The notes: a model not told the origin generated them from the letters alone. A DNA stretch of 64,000 nt from a virus (IMGVR_UViG_3300025030_000080:12088-76087), one strand, 5' to 3'; positions 1-10,478 are shown, counted from the stretch's first letter. Numbers and translations: made by a program.

Positions 1-228
1 TCCTCCTTCCAAGCTATAGGATCGTGCCCTTTTTCTTTGTATATTTCATTTGCCAAATATTCGAATTGAGGAAATTTTTTTATGAAAGGTTTTACCATTT
101 CAGAAGTGCAATGGCCACAATCTCCCCCATGGGCTAACCAGAATAAATTTATTATGAATTTAGCGGTTTCTTCATCCATTTTTATTTCCCTTGATAAGGA
201 TCTTCAGAATGAACTCCATGGCAAGTGG

Positions 229-708
229 TCATGATAGTAAGAGGTTTTTTCCTTTTCCCTTCCAAAAATTCTGTATCTTTGAAATCCAAAATTGGAATTT
301 TCCCAGCGTAGAAACTTTTACATCTTGGGCATAATTCCCCTTCCCCTCGTTCAAGGGAGGGGGGATTTGCAATTGTTCCGTCTCCCATTTTTCCAGCCAT
401 AATTCTTCCTCCGTTTTCATGATATATGGAATTTCTGTAATTACCCCTTTATCTGCCCAATACCATTGTTCATCGAATTCTACCCAATTTGGATGTTTCC
501 AACTACCTATTATATTCATCATATAAACACATGTAGGAGAGTTACATCCACATGTAGTATTCGGAACGTAAATGCTAACCATGGCATGTTTTTCTATCCG
601 ACCGCATCCAGGACATTGATATAAAATGTACCCTGCTTGAATATCTGTCATATATACTCCCCATCCGTTGGGACCGGGGACTATTTCAATTATTCCAGGA
701 AATCTCAT
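229..708 (-). CDS. hypothetical protein with Cys motifs (CPGC, CGC..C)
   Basis: 159-aa ORF tiling directly after the clamp gene. Confidence 0.6.
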   Translation of the reverse strand: MRFPGIIEIVPGPNGWGVYMTDIQAGYILYQCPGCGRIEKHAMVSIYVPNTTCGCNSPTCVYMMNIIGSWKHPNWVEFDEQWYWADKGVITEIPYIMKTEEELWLEKWETEQLQIPPPLNEGKGNYAQDVKVSTLGKFQFWISKIQNFWKGKGKNLLLS

Positions 709-710
709 AT

Positions 711-1781
711 TTACTCTTGCTTGCTCATAGAAGCAACCATGATATGTTGAAACTTTTCAGAAGAAAATAAAAGGGACTTCTTAGTAGGAGATAAACGGAA
801 TTGACGAGTAATTCCAAGAATCTTTTTGAAAAAATCAGGTTGTACCTTAATTTGCATTCCTTCTTCGAAGAAATCCTTTTTCCATTCCACTCCATCAATA
901 ATCTCTCCAGCTTCCTTTCCTGCCCTAATTTCTAAATTCCCCTTTGAATAGGAAAGAAATACTCTGGACAAGGATTCCCAATTATCTCCTTCTCCACTAG
1001 CTAAAATTTTAGCTCTTTCCAACGGAGCTTCCATTCCTTTTGGAAACTCTAAAGGATCGGCTTTCATATCAAATTTCATAGATTCAAATAACCCCGTAAT
1101 CTTCTTGAAGGGGTAATCCCCTGCTAAAATGCGAGAACTATATATAGGACCACCTTCATTTGAGAAATGAACCCAAGCTTTTGATAAAGCCATAATTTCA
1201 AATACTGGTTCTAATTTTAAAAGTCCCTCCACTGTCTTGATAGGAAGAGTAAATGCGCTATTCACCGCTTCTAACATAGTATATACAGATACACGGTAGT
1301 TATCAGTAGAAACAGCTTTATTTTCAAAGAAATGAACTCCTGCGAGAGGCCCTAAAGCTGGTCCTGTTCCAGCCCCGAAGGAGCACAATTCTAATCCCAC
1401 TTGGAAATCTTTGGGGAGGTAAAACCATTCTAATCCGTCCGTTTGAACAGCCCAAGCCCTCTCAAGAGAACTAGTTATTTGTTCCTTTTGAAGAGGGTTC
1501 ATTTTGAGAGTAGTTCTTCCCCCCTTAATTTGAAACTTTCCCTCTTCTGTCAATTTCATATCTATTTCTTCAGCGTCCATTTTGGATAAAACTTTGTATA
1601 ATTCCTCTGCTCGTACTGCTGTTCGAATTTTTGTTTCTAATGGAAATGATACGCTGATATCTTCCTTGTACGAACGAACCCAATCTTCATCGAATAGGAT
1701 AAAATCCGATCCAATTGCACTAGACTTGTCAATTCCCATCATTACGGATTTAATGGCTAGTAATAATTCAGACTTTTTCAT
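711..1781 (-). CDS. dnaN: DNA polymerase sliding clamp, beta-clamp-like
   Basis: 356 aa, typical beta-clamp size; STDNYR matches the ATDxxRL motif; SRILAGDYP matches the SRLIxGxYP motif. Confidence 0.75.
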   Translation of the reverse strand: MKKSELLLAIKSVMMGIDKSSAIGSDFILFDEDWVRSYKEDISVSFPLETKIRTAVRAEELYKVLSKMDAEEIDMKLTEEGKFQIKGGRTTLKMNPLQKEQITSSLERAWAVQTDGLEWFYLPKDFQVGLELCSFGAGTGPALGPLAGVHFFENKAVSTDNYRVSVYTMLEAVNSAFTLPIKTVEGLLKLEPVFEIMALSKAWVHFSNEGGPIYSSRILAGDYPFKKITGLFESMKFDMKADPLEFPKGMEAPLERAKILASGEGDNWESLSRVFLSYSKGNLEIRAGKEAGEIIDGVEWKKDFFEEGMQIKVQPDFFKKILGITRQFRLSPTKKSLLFSSEKFQHIMVASMSKQE

Positions 1782-1999
1782 TTTTTTGCCTCCATTGATT
1801 TAGATTCTTCATTTATAAGACGATTTAAATACCATTGGGCTTTCTTTAAATCCTCTAATTTTTTCCCTTTATGAGGAGCACGACATAAATATTTTACGAC
1901 ATTGCCTCCAAGAAAATCTAATTTTTGATCTAATATAAAATCAATAACTTCAATTTTCCCAGTAGTATAATGAGATGGATGATTAATTTGATCTTTCAT
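1778..1999 (-). CDS. DUF3310 family protein (T7 gp1.7-like)
   Basis: INHPSHY..IEVID..GNVVKYLCRAPHKG..EDLKKAQWYL signature. Confidence 0.85.
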   Translation of the reverse strand: MKDQINHPSHYTTGKIEVIDFILDQKLDFLGGNVVKYLCRAPHKGKKLEDLKKAQWYLNRLINEESKSMEAKK

Positions 2000-2751
2000 T
2001 CTCCTTCTCCTCCTACAAAAATATCGTCAAAAACAATAAGAAACGTTTTCTTAAATCTTTCTAGCATAGGAATAGTAATCTCTCTCATTTGAGGATGAGC
2101 TTTCGAAGAAGTTCTCAAACGAAAGAAATGCCGCCATTCACGAATATTAAAGGTGATTACAATTTCCGTTTTCAAACTATTAGGAAGCACCGATCGAGCT
2201 TCTTGGGGATTAGCATTATGTTGAAGCAACTCCATATAAGAATTTTCAGCAGTTTGGCACGCTGTATACCAATGATAAAAACGAGTTCCTGAATTTAATG
2301 GTAAATTTTCTGCATGCATTTTTCCAATGGCAGCGTCCTTGGTATATCCTTTTAAAATAAGATCATTAAATGTTTCATAAGCTATTTGATACCAAATAGG
2401 CAGAATAACCGTTATTTCTTTACTATTTCCATAGTTACAATATCGGGTAGATTCTTGACTATAGCTTGCTATTCTATGACGAACTATTTCATGAGATACA
2501 CCACGATCACAAATTACTCTAACTGTTATTTTTTCATGCTCAAGAACCGATTCGTGCCCGTTTTTTATAATCATTTGAACAAATTTAGCCGCAGAATCAA
2601 TCGTTATTTTATCTTCTGATTTATAGCAAGTTCGTCCATACTTTTCTAATTTTGCGAGTAAATCATCTCCGTGATAATGATATTTTGTTTCATACCTTGG
2701 GCACTCTATTTCTTCATCTTCAAATTTCCACCAAGGAGAGATAATTTTCAT
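1996..2751 (-). CDS. thyX: FAD-dependent thymidylate synthase
   Basis: ThyX motif RHRIASYSQESTR, plus GHESVLEH, EARSVLP and AHPQMR. Confidence 0.95.
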   Translation of the reverse strand: MKIISPWWKFEDEEIECPRYETKYHYHGDDLLAKLEKYGRTCYKSEDKITIDSAAKFVQMIIKNGHESVLEHEKITVRVICDRGVSHEIVRHRIASYSQESTRYCNYGNSKEITVILPIWYQIAYETFNDLILKGYTKDAAIGKMHAENLPLNSGTRFYHWYTACQTAENSYMELLQHNANPQEARSVLPNSLKTEIVITFNIREWRHFFRLRTSSKAHPQMREITIPMLERFKKTFLIVFDDIFVGGEGE

Positions 2752-2752
2752 T

Positions 2753-3565
2753 TCAATCTCCTATTTTAACATAAGAATAAATTTCTCTTTTTTCCACAGG
2801 ACAAAGTTTATCTTTAAATATTCTCAAGCTTTCTATCCCCATAATTCCTCCATCATTAACTAATTTATTTTGATTCAAAATAACGGGGTCTGTATAAAAT
2901 AAATATCTTTGGTATTCATTCAAAAATTTAATATTTCTAGAAAATGAAAATCGGAAGTTAATATAAAAATAATTGGAATCCCAAATATTGATTCCAAGAA
3001 TATATCCATTTTTATCTACCAAAATTTTCCTATTATTTCCATTAAAAATATAATTAGTCATAACTTCATCATCATGAATTTCTTGATTTCCTTCTTTATT
3101 TTTTAACCATTCTATGAATAAATCTTTTAGTTGATTTTCATGATTATCATTCGCTTCAATATACTGCAAAGGGGAATTCCCATACCGTCCAGGAAATTTA
3201 CGGATATTCTTTCGGAAAACTTGAAATTTGTTTCCAGTTAGATCTAGGAAATGACGAGGGTTATAAATATGTTCTAATTCCAAAAATTCTTTTTTATAAT
3301 TAGAAGGCATAGACCAATTGGGAAAACTAGCCCATATATGAGTAGCCCAATTTTGGTAATCTCCGCTTATGCTATTTCCATTGGGGAGTAATTCCCCCGT
3401 ATTCATATTTATTGGGGGGAATAAAATCCATTCGTTGTGTTTCCAATAAATAAAATCACCCGTAATTTCCTCTTTAATTTTAGCTCTTTGAAAATATTCT
3501 TCAGAGCAGGGAAAAGTAGGAATTATCTTATATTTTTTTAACAATTCCAAATATTGGTTTTTCAA
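2753..3565 (-). CDS. DUF2156/MprF C-terminal-like GNAT-fold transferase (putatively aminoacyl-tRNA dependent)
   Basis: LDLTGNKFQVFRKNIRKF and C-terminal VNDGGIMGIESLRIFKDKLCP resemble the DUF2156 motifs L.G.KF..KRN..N.F and IN.E.DLG..GLR..K..Y.P. Confidence 0.55.
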   Translation of the reverse strand: MKNQYLELLKKYKIIPTFPCSEEYFQRAKIKEEITGDFIYWKHNEWILFPPINMNTGELLPNGNSISGDYQNWATHIWASFPNWSMPSNYKKEFLELEHIYNPRHFLDLTGNKFQVFRKNIRKFPGRYGNSPLQYIEANDNHENQLKDLFIEWLKNKEGNQEIHDDEVMTNYIFNGNNRKILVDKNGYILGINIWDSNYFYINFRFSFSRNIKFLNEYQRYLFYTDPVILNQNKLVNDGGIMGIESLRIFKDKLCPVEKREIYSYVKIGD

Positions 3566-4059
3566 ATTCCCTCCATTTTTTCTGATCGAAGGATTTCTAT
3601 ATCAGTTCCTTCTTCAAGAATAAATACTTTTATTTTTCCTTTCATTTCAGCAGGTAAATTATCTTCCACCATCTTTTTGATTCTTTCTGATCGTTCCATG
3701 CTAATTTTTTGTTCAATTTTGATAACTATTAAATCATTTTCACGAACTTCTAATGTTTGGACACTTTTAACAAAATCAATTTCGTTCATTTTTTCCTCCA
3801 TCATCTTTGTTGGTGAATTAGACCACCCACACCCAAACCAATGTTTACAGGGTCCATTTGTTTTACAGTAGGGGCAAGGACCATCTATATTATTCCAGGG
3901 TCGATTTATTTTTTTAATTATAGAATTCAGTTCCTCCGATTCGCAGATCCCGCATAGGGCAAATGGAGGTATTTCATGAATGCAATTAGAGAGTCTCATT
4001 TTTTTCCATAATTTTGATCGCGGCACGTAAGGAGCAATTGGTACATTCCAATGAGTCAA
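3562..4059 (-). CDS. hypothetical protein, Cys-rich N-terminus; start uncertain
   Basis: ORF tiles the operon but overlaps the upstream ORF. Confidence 0.45.
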   Translation of the reverse strand: MTHWNVPIAPYVPRSKLWKKMRLSNCIHEIPPFALCGICESEELNSIIKKINRPWNNIDGPCPYCKTNGPCKHWFGCGWSNSPTKMMEEKMNEIDFVKSVQTLEVRENDLIVIKIEQKISMERSERIKKMVEDNLPAEMKGKIKVFILEEGTDIEILRSEKMEGI

Positions 4060-4244
4060 ATGGTTCTTCTATATGTGAGTAAGAAATGATCTTCCATCCG
4101 TGCCCAACAAATGTGCATTTTATTCTTAAATAGAGCAACTTATACCACCACCATTGACGTTTCCACCAAATGCCCCCCACGTTGGATGGTACGGGATATA
4201 CGAAACACCAAAGCCCCCTATCTTTACAAATAGTCCAACTCATC

Positions 4245-4646
4245 CTACTTTCCTTCTACCGCTTTCAACGCGGCTCTACAGATGGCGAGAGGAGCAGTAT
4301 CGGCGTATCCCCAAAATTGCTCTCCGTGTCCCTTGTTATGGTCATCCAAACAACATTCCCATTCGCAATTTTCCCACATAATTGCTGGATGAAGATCTAT
4401 GAGATGGTCCATGATATCCCATGCGGCGGCTAGATTGGTGGAGTATGACTTTATAAGCCCATCGCCCGATTGGGCGTTGTGCATACCAGCGCACTTGCAA
4501 AACCATACGGTCCCAGAAAATCCATCAATGTCACCACCGGAAAGTTTCCATGAATAGTCTTTCCTCACCAATGCAGAACACCCCATGACCTTCTCAGCCA
4601 CCAGCGCGTCCATCTCCCGGCCAGCTTTCATCGTATCAATATTCAT
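4245..4646 (-). CDS. phage ABA-sandwich domain protein
   Basis: AGREMDALVAEKVMG..YSTNLAAAW..TAPLAICRAAL; GC-richer than its neighbours. Confidence 0.75.
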   Translation of the reverse strand: MNIDTMKAGREMDALVAEKVMGCSALVRKDYSWKLSGGDIDGFSGTVWFCKCAGMHNAQSGDGLIKSYSTNLAAAWDIMDHLIDLHPAIMWENCEWECCLDDHNKGHGEQFWGYADTAPLAICRAALKAVEGK

Positions 4647-4658
4647 TATTTTCCTTCT

Positions 4659-5138
4659 TTATAAAAGTGAATTTACTTTAGCATCTATAAATTTAATAGC
4701 TTGTTCTACAGTAAAAATTTCTTCGGCCTCATTAATAAAAATATCTATTTGAAATTCTACTTCTGCTTTTGTTATTAAACCAATAATATCTAAAGAATCT
4801 AATTTTAAATCTTCGATAAAATGATCTTTTCTATCTATTTTATCTAATGGCATACCAGATTGATCGGATATAATTTTAAAAAGACGATCTTCAACAGAAA
4901 TAGGTTCTATTTTCTTTCTTTTTTTCAAAATAGGATGGAGGTTTTCCTTAACTTTTTTATTTATGGGTAATAGTCCATCTCCTTTACATTTACTACAAAC
5001 TTTTGAATTTCCCCCATATATAAGGGACATCCAAGTTTTTTCTTTATTAGGCATTTTTCCAGAACCCTTACAAACTTTACAAAAGTCATATTCCGCTACT
5101 GGCATATAAATTTGGAAATGTTCCATAGTCATAGTCAT
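4659..5138 (-). CDS. DnaJ-type Zn-finger fused to acyl carrier protein domain
   Basis: CKVCKGSG and CSKCKGDG, then an ACP with DLKLDSLD (phosphopantetheine Ser) and EFQIDI..AEEIFTVEQAI. Confidence 0.8.
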   Translation of the reverse strand: MTMTMEHFQIYMPVAEYDFCKVCKGSGKMPNKEKTWMSLIYGGNSKVCSKCKGDGLLPINKKVKENLHPILKKRKKIEPISVEDRLFKIISDQSGMPLDKIDRKDHFIEDLKLDSLDIIGLITKAEVEFQIDIFINEAEEIFTVEQAIKFIDAKVNSLL

Positions 5139-5146
5139 TTATATTG

Positions 5147-5338
5147 TTATTTCCCTCTTCTTTCTACTGCATCTCGAATATTGCCTACTGCTTGTTTTTG
5201 CCCTTCTGTCGCATGTTTTCTTTCTTCAACAGTTTCTGCTATGCCCAATAGAGTATCCTCTGCCCATTCGAAATCATCATCAGATATGCAATCATTTATT
5301 TCTTTTAACAAATCCTCCCATTCACATTCTTTACACAT
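5147..5338 (-). CDS. hypothetical protein
   Basis: tiling ORF with RBS. Confidence 0.55.
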   Translation of the reverse strand: MCKECEWEDLLKEINDCISDDDFEWAEDTLLGIAETVEERKHATEGQKQAVGNIRDAVERRGK

Positions 5339-5535
5339 TACTTGTCTCCCTCGGCCTCTCTCTTTTTCCTTTCTTCATCTCCAGGGAAATCCTTCGTCCA
5401 ATCTAACCCCCCTTTATTCATAAGTCCTGAGGAAGAGCCAGATTTAGAGGATTTTCCTCCTTTTGATGATTGGCTCTGTAACCGTTCGACTAATTTGCGA
5501 CTTATAGAACCAGTTTTTCTACTCTTGCCCCCCAT
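5338..5535 (-). CDS. small Ser/Gly/Lys-rich protein
   Basis: RBS AGGGGG; tiles between its neighbours. Confidence 0.55.
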   Translation of the reverse strand: MGGKSRKTGSISRKLVERLQSQSSKGGKSSKSGSSSGLMNKGGLDWTKDFPGDEERKKREAEGDK

Positions 5536-6487
5536 TTGATACCCCCTTTTTAAATTTTCTTCTCTCCCGGCCCTCTTTTACTTTAGCCCTAGATTTTGGA
5601 TCAGACCAAAGTTGTTTCATAGTTTTAGATAATTTTGATTTTGATTCTTCACTATTTTGTTTTCCAGTATTAGACTCTATGTTTTTTCTTCTATATTCTG
5701 GATTATTCCATTTTTCTTTTATAGATTGAGATAAGGACTTTAACATATTTGATCTCATTTCTGGATCAGCCCATTGATTTGTAGCAGATTCTGATGCTTT
5801 TCTACTAAATTCAGGATCAGATGCTATAGTATTTGCTCTATTTAAAACTCTTTTTGATCGAATATCAGGGTCTTCCCATTCTTTTTTCCTCAGAATAGAT
5901 CCAATTTGACGAGATTCTGGTGATCTCATAATTTCTAATATTTTGTCCTTAAATTTAGGGTTTTCCCACCTATCTTTAGTACTTTTAGACATTATAGCTT
6001 TTACTTCTGGGTTATCAAGTCCCTTTTTAATAGCATCTTTCATTCTATTTTTATATTCTGGATCTTCCCATAAATTTTTAACTGATTCAGATATTTGAGA
6101 TATAATTTCAGGATTATCTTTGTATCTATTTTTAGTTAATTCAGATAGCTTTACTTTAGATTCCTCCGACCATTTTATCCCCCTATTGGATTCTGCTATT
6201 TCCCGAATATTATACCCATTTTCTTGTTTATATGATTCATAGTAATCTAACCAAATTTGTTCTCTAGGAACTAATTGAGTTAAATCATAAACTAATTCTA
6301 TTACCATAAATACAAAAGATTCTTCCCCATATTTACAATAGGCAGATTGAATGTGTTGAGTATGTTCTCCTCTACGAAGTAACCATAAATGCCCCCTTTC
6401 CCATCTAATATATACATCTTCAGAAGATCCTATATACTTCTTCCCATTTATTCTATTAAGTATCATGTATACACCGGAAATTTTCAT
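5519..6487 (-). CDS. GIY-YIG homing endonuclease with NUMOD3-like helical repeats
   Basis: GVY..YIGSS..RW..H, REQ.WLD, GYN motifs; repeated W.DPE units; start moved to MKISGVY. Confidence 0.9.
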   Translation of the reverse strand: MKISGVYMILNRINGKKYIGSSEDVYIRWERGHLWLLRRGEHTQHIQSAYCKYGEESFVFMVIELVYDLTQLVPREQIWLDYYESYKQENGYNIREIAESNRGIKWSEESKVKLSELTKNRYKDNPEIISQISESVKNLWEDPEYKNRMKDAIKKGLDNPEVKAIMSKSTKDRWENPKFKDKILEIMRSPESRQIGSILRKKEWEDPDIRSKRVLNRANTIASDPEFSRKASESATNQWADPEMRSNMLKSLSQSIKEKWNNPEYRRKNIESNTGKQNSEESKSKLSKTMKQLWSDPKSRAKVKEGRERRKFKKGVSNGGQE

Positions 6488-7257
6488 TTTATTCTTCTCT
6501 TTAAAATAGGGGGGATTATTTTTTCTTTCTGTAAATCCAAAATCCCCCCGCAGTCGTCGAAAATACACCCCGCCACAACTGCTTGCATATTATTATGCAG
6601 TCCATCTATCATAAAATATTTACATCCTTCTGGAAAATAGATATTAATTTTATCATTGAAATTAAATAATGCTAAGAAATCTCCTGTTCTTATTCCAAGA
6701 GGAGAAATAGAATCTGGAAGAACATCTTCTGGTTCTGTTAAGCCGAGGCCCTCCATTTCTATTTTTCTTTCGAGCAGTATCAGAGATCCGGCGTAGATAT
6801 CTCGTTGAAGTATTTTTATTTCTCCCCCTCTAGTTACAAATTCAATATGCGATAAATTCTCGTCCAAAAGGTCTAACGAGGATTTATGAAAAGGGATCTT
6901 CCACTTCATTTTTTCTGTATCATAAAATTTATAAAATAACTCTTCTACTTCTTGAAAAGTTTGAGTAGGTATTCTACATTTTTTCTTACGGAGAAATTCT
7001 TCTCCTTTTTGAAGGAAAGTTATGCTATTTCCGTCTGCAGTAAAATTTGGGGAATCATAATCGCTTAGAAAAAAACGAATTGGTTCTGGAAATTCATTCT
7101 TAGTTGCCTCGAACCGAAGTATCATGGTTTTATCGCTGTTGAGAATATAAATAACATTTTCCCAACAGAATGCAGAGTTTTTTTGATTCCCTGATTGTTC
7201 CAAAGCAACTCCATATGAAAATATTCTTTCTACTTCTAATTCTCTCAAAATTGTCAC
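6484..7257 (-). CDS. hypothetical protein
   Basis: 257-aa tiling ORF. Confidence 0.65.
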   Translation of the reverse strand: MTILRELEVERIFSYGVALEQSGNQKNSAFCWENVIYILNSDKTMILRFEATKNEFPEPIRFFLSDYDSPNFTADGNSITFLQKGEEFLRKKKCRIPTQTFQEVEELFYKFYDTEKMKWKIPFHKSSLDLLDENLSHIEFVTRGGEIKILQRDIYAGSLILLERKIEMEGLGLTEPEDVLPDSISPLGIRTGDFLALFNFNDKINIYFPEGCKYFMIDGLHNNMQAVVAGCIFDDCGGILDLQKEKIIPPILKRRIK

Positions 7258-7601
7258 CTTATTCTCCTTATCATTATGGGTTTTTCTTTTTTCTCAGCGT
7301 TTAATTTTCTATTTTTATGCCCCTCTATCATTTTAGCCCTAAATTTTGGATTTTCCCATTGATTTTTAGTTCTTTCTGATGCTTTTCTTTTATATTCAGG
7401 GTCATTTAATTTTTTTCTGATTGAATCTATCATTCTATTTCTTATCTCTGGATTATTCCACCTATTTTTAATAATCTCTGACATTCTTATTTTTCCTTCG
7501 GGGGATACTTTTCTTCCTGTTTGCCCCATTATCATATTGGAACGGGCTATGGGATCTTTCCCCGTTTTAATATTAATAATTTTGTAAATAGATGAAATCA
7601 T
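7254..7601 (-). pseudogene. internally deleted GIY-YIG endonuclease (only the DNA-binding repeats remain)
   Basis: MISSIYKIINIKTGK joins directly to the W.NPE repeats; YIG and the catalytic R/E are missing. Confidence 0.65.
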
Positions 7602-7641
7602 TATAAATACTTTTCTTCTAATTCATTTCTGAGTCCCAAAT

Positions 7642-7875
7642 TTACTCCCCTTTCCGCAATAAAGATGGCAATGAAATAATATCTTCCGTGGTTACTTTAT
7701 TTGTCCATTCAAAAAATAATTCTTTTCCTTTGGTAAATACCGTTATCCAAATAGTAAAGAATAATATACCAATTTGAACAATACATTGCAAGAAAGATAT
7801 AATAGTTAATATTACAGATTTAAATAACTTTCCACTCCTTTCATATAAATCTTTTCCTTCATCTTTAACCTTCAT
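7642..7875 (-). CDS. small membrane protein
   Basis: hydrophobic central segment. Confidence 0.45.
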   Translation of the reverse strand: MKVKDEGKDLYERSGKLFKSVILTIISFLQCIVQIGILFFTIWITVFTKGKELFFEWTNKVTTEDIISLPSLLRKGE

Positions 7876-8540
7876 TTTATTTCCTCCATTAAATTGAAAA
7901 TTCCGTTTGAATCTGACTGAAAATGCCCTCGCATAAAATGATTATCTTTTCGGAAAAATTCTAATCCCCGTCTCTTTACGGAGTTGGAGAAGGTATAAAA
8001 ACATTCATCTGATTTTTTATGTTTATTTAATAGACCGATGAAACAAAATTTATTTATGCTATGATTCGCCGTCGTTCTATCGAATTTAAATTCAATTTCT
8101 GAATGATCCCTTCCAACTTCTCCACGTATAAATTCTACAATATCCGGTACTTTTATTTTGATTAATTTATTTTCAGAATATACTTTTGTAAAGTACTGCC
8201 ACATGCACCAACTAAGACGGTCATCAGGGTTTATTCCGTGGTTTTCTACGTATTCCAAATCAACTAATCCTTCTCCTTCCATTATAGTTTTCTTATATGA
8301 TTCTATACAATTTTTAGAATATGCGGTAGAGTCAGGGTATTTTGGTTTTCTTACTCTTTTCTTTTTTTCAACTACCATATCAAACTCTGTATGAACTAAT
8401 TTGATAGTTGCTTCTACTATTCCCTTTTTGGCATAAGCTGTTATTACAAAAGATTGGACATTATCAATACTTTCTCCAGTTTCTGCATTTATTACTTTAG
8501 TCCCTGGTATGGTACCATCACTAATAATTTTCAGTTTCAT
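7872..8540 (-). CDS. hypothetical protein
   Basis: 222-aa tiling ORF. Confidence 0.6.
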   Translation of the reverse strand: MKLKIISDGTIPGTKVINAETGESIDNVQSFVITAYAKKGIVEATIKLVHTEFDMVVEKKKRVRKPKYPDSTAYSKNCIESYKKTIMEGEGLVDLEYVENHGINPDDRLSWCMWQYFTKVYSENKLIKIKVPDIVEFIRGEVGRDHSEIEFKFDRTTANHSINKFCFIGLLNKHKKSDECFYTFSNSVKRRGLEFFRKDNHFMRGHFQSDSNGIFNLMEEIK

Positions 8541-8704
8541 TTGGTACCCTTCTTTTTCTTGATAATAACAATAGTAGATGGTTTATAATCATCTACCAAA
8601 GATTGTAAAGTTTCTTGAGGACAATTTCCACTATACTTACATTTACAAGTAGATGACCTTAAATAATTCTTGGCTGCGGTAACTAATTTCTCCGTGTAGT
8701 CCAT

Positions 8705-9115
8705 TTATTCCTCCTCCGTAAATACTTTATTCCAAGGAATTATTTTAGTTCTTTCCAAATTACGAACTTCAAATTGTTCCGGAAATCGGATAGCAAATTC
8801 TAACTCCTCTGATTCTTTGACGAGTACAAATAAAATCATATCTGCTTCCGTTCCTCTATCGAAATGAAAACGTCCACGTCTTCTTGGGCCACTACTACCT
8901 TTTCCATTTTTTCCCTTAGACTTTATCCATTCTTCGCAAGATTTAATTTCAATTTTTGCATCTCCCACCGTAACATCATATCCTGCCTTATAATCCGGTT
9001 TAATCGGAGGATCTTTGAAAGTTTCCTCCAAAAATCGGAGAACTTGGGGTGAACCCTCCGTCCAGTGCCTAGAAAAGAATTTTTCATTTTTTCTCCCTTT
9101 ATTGAAAAACTTCAA
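8705..9115 (-). CDS. PD-(D/E)XK-like nuclease (paralogue of 56909..57292)
   Basis: YD..IEIK core, GPRRRGRF, FVLV. Confidence 0.55.
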   Translation of the reverse strand: MKFFNKGRKNEKFFSRHWTEGSPQVLRFLEETFKDPPIKPDYKAGYDVTVGDAKIEIKSCEEWIKSKGKNGKGSSGPRRRGRFHFDRGTEADMILFVLVKESEELEFAIRFPEQFEVRNLERTKIIPWNKVFTEEE

Positions 9116-9124
9116 AATTGTTAT

Positions 9125-9829
9125 TTACAATGCTTCAAAATTTAAGTTTCTTTTATTTCTAGCTTTTGCTTTTCCTTCAACGGATTTGGCAATATGTTCC
9201 GGACTAAGATGTCTTCCAATAAGGGAAGCAGATAAATTGGCTAAATATTTTGGGTTATTGCTTCTCCTTATAAACCCTTCCGCCATTTTAGCTCTAAATT
9301 TTGGATCTGCCCATTGTTTTTTAGCAACAACTGACTGATTTTTTCTAAAATTAGGATCTTTTCCCCTTTCTTGATTCATTTCTAATATTTTTATTTTATG
9401 TTCAGGACTTTTCTTTCTGCCTTTCAAAAGAGAAATTACTTTATTTCTATATTCTGGATCTAACCAATGATCTTTACTAGTTTGAGAAATTATTTTCTTA
9501 ACTTCTTCTGAATGTTTATTTCCTAAACAAGAATTAGCATATCTACAAACATTATACCCATATCTATCGTCATATGATTGGTAGTAATCTAACCAAGTTT
9601 GCTCTCTGAAAGATAATTGAGACAAATCTTTTACTATTTCCATTATTATAAATTCAAAATTTTCTTCTCTATATTTATGATAAGCCCTTTGAAAATAAAG
9701 AGAATGGTGAGTTCCTTTACGAAGTTCGCATAAATGATTAGTCCACCTACTATATAAATTTACAGCAGATCCGACATATCTTTTTTCATTAATTTTATTA
9801 ACTATCATATAAATACCTGATACTTTCAT
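9125..9829 (-). CDS. GIY-YIG homing endonuclease with NUMOD3
   Basis: GIY..YVGSA..RW..H, REQ.WLD, GYN, KHSEE. Confidence 0.92.
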   Translation of the reverse strand: MKVSGIYMIVNKINEKRYVGSAVNLYSRWTNHLCELRKGTHHSLYFQRAYHKYREENFEFIIMEIVKDLSQLSFREQTWLDYYQSYDDRYGYNVCRYANSCLGNKHSEEVKKIISQTSKDHWLDPEYRNKVISLLKGRKKSPEHKIKILEMNQERGKDPNFRKNQSVVAKKQWADPKFRAKMAEGFIRRSNNPKYLANLSASLIGRHLSPEHIAKSVEGKAKARNKRNLNFEAL

Positions 9830-10478
9830 TCACCGTACCAAATTTTCCAACATTTCTAGACGGAAATCGGAACTTTCAATATATCTCCAAATTATGTTTT
9901 CCTCTCGATCTCTTCCATATGGTTCCATTCCTTGGGCCCAATCCGGAAAATAAGCCGGATTGCTCATTCTTAAATTCCACGAGTTCTTAACTTCTTTCAT
10001 CAAAGTTTCTGATAACCACCCTCCACGTTCCTCTACGAAAGTGTTATATTCTCCCCACGTTACGGGTCGGGGGGCGTTGTTTCGAACAAACCTAGCTGCA
10101 ATCATATTGTTTCCGTAGGAGAATCCTCCACCTAAAGGAAGATAGATGTCAGATATAGAACAGCAAATATCGTCGTCATTGATAGGAGAGTTGCCAAAAT
10201 CAAAAGTGGATGAAGAGAATCCCTGATTTTTCATTAATTTCATAAATTCCCCTAAGACTAGGGAACCTAGCCACTGACTATCTGACATTATAAGAAACAT
10301 TCGATGGAAATCTATCCCTAACATTTCCATTTGGCGCTTTACTCCGGGGGCGGAAGCGGAATAACTATATGTATCGAAAGTAATGTGCTTGATTCCAATT
10401 TCCTTTACTCTACTGATCCATTCTTCCACTGCATCTTTTTCATCGTTTACGAAAATCATTAAGGGTTCGATCCTAGCC

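Noticed and set aside
5338-5535. Ser/Gly-rich peptide as a RiPP precursor for the radical SAM enzymes
   Set aside because: The enzymes show no SPASM or RRE domains, and no protease or transporter is present.
5519-9829. group I introns around the GIY-YIG genes
   Set aside because: The genes abut or overlap their neighbours, leaving no room for an intron core, and no split host gene is evident.
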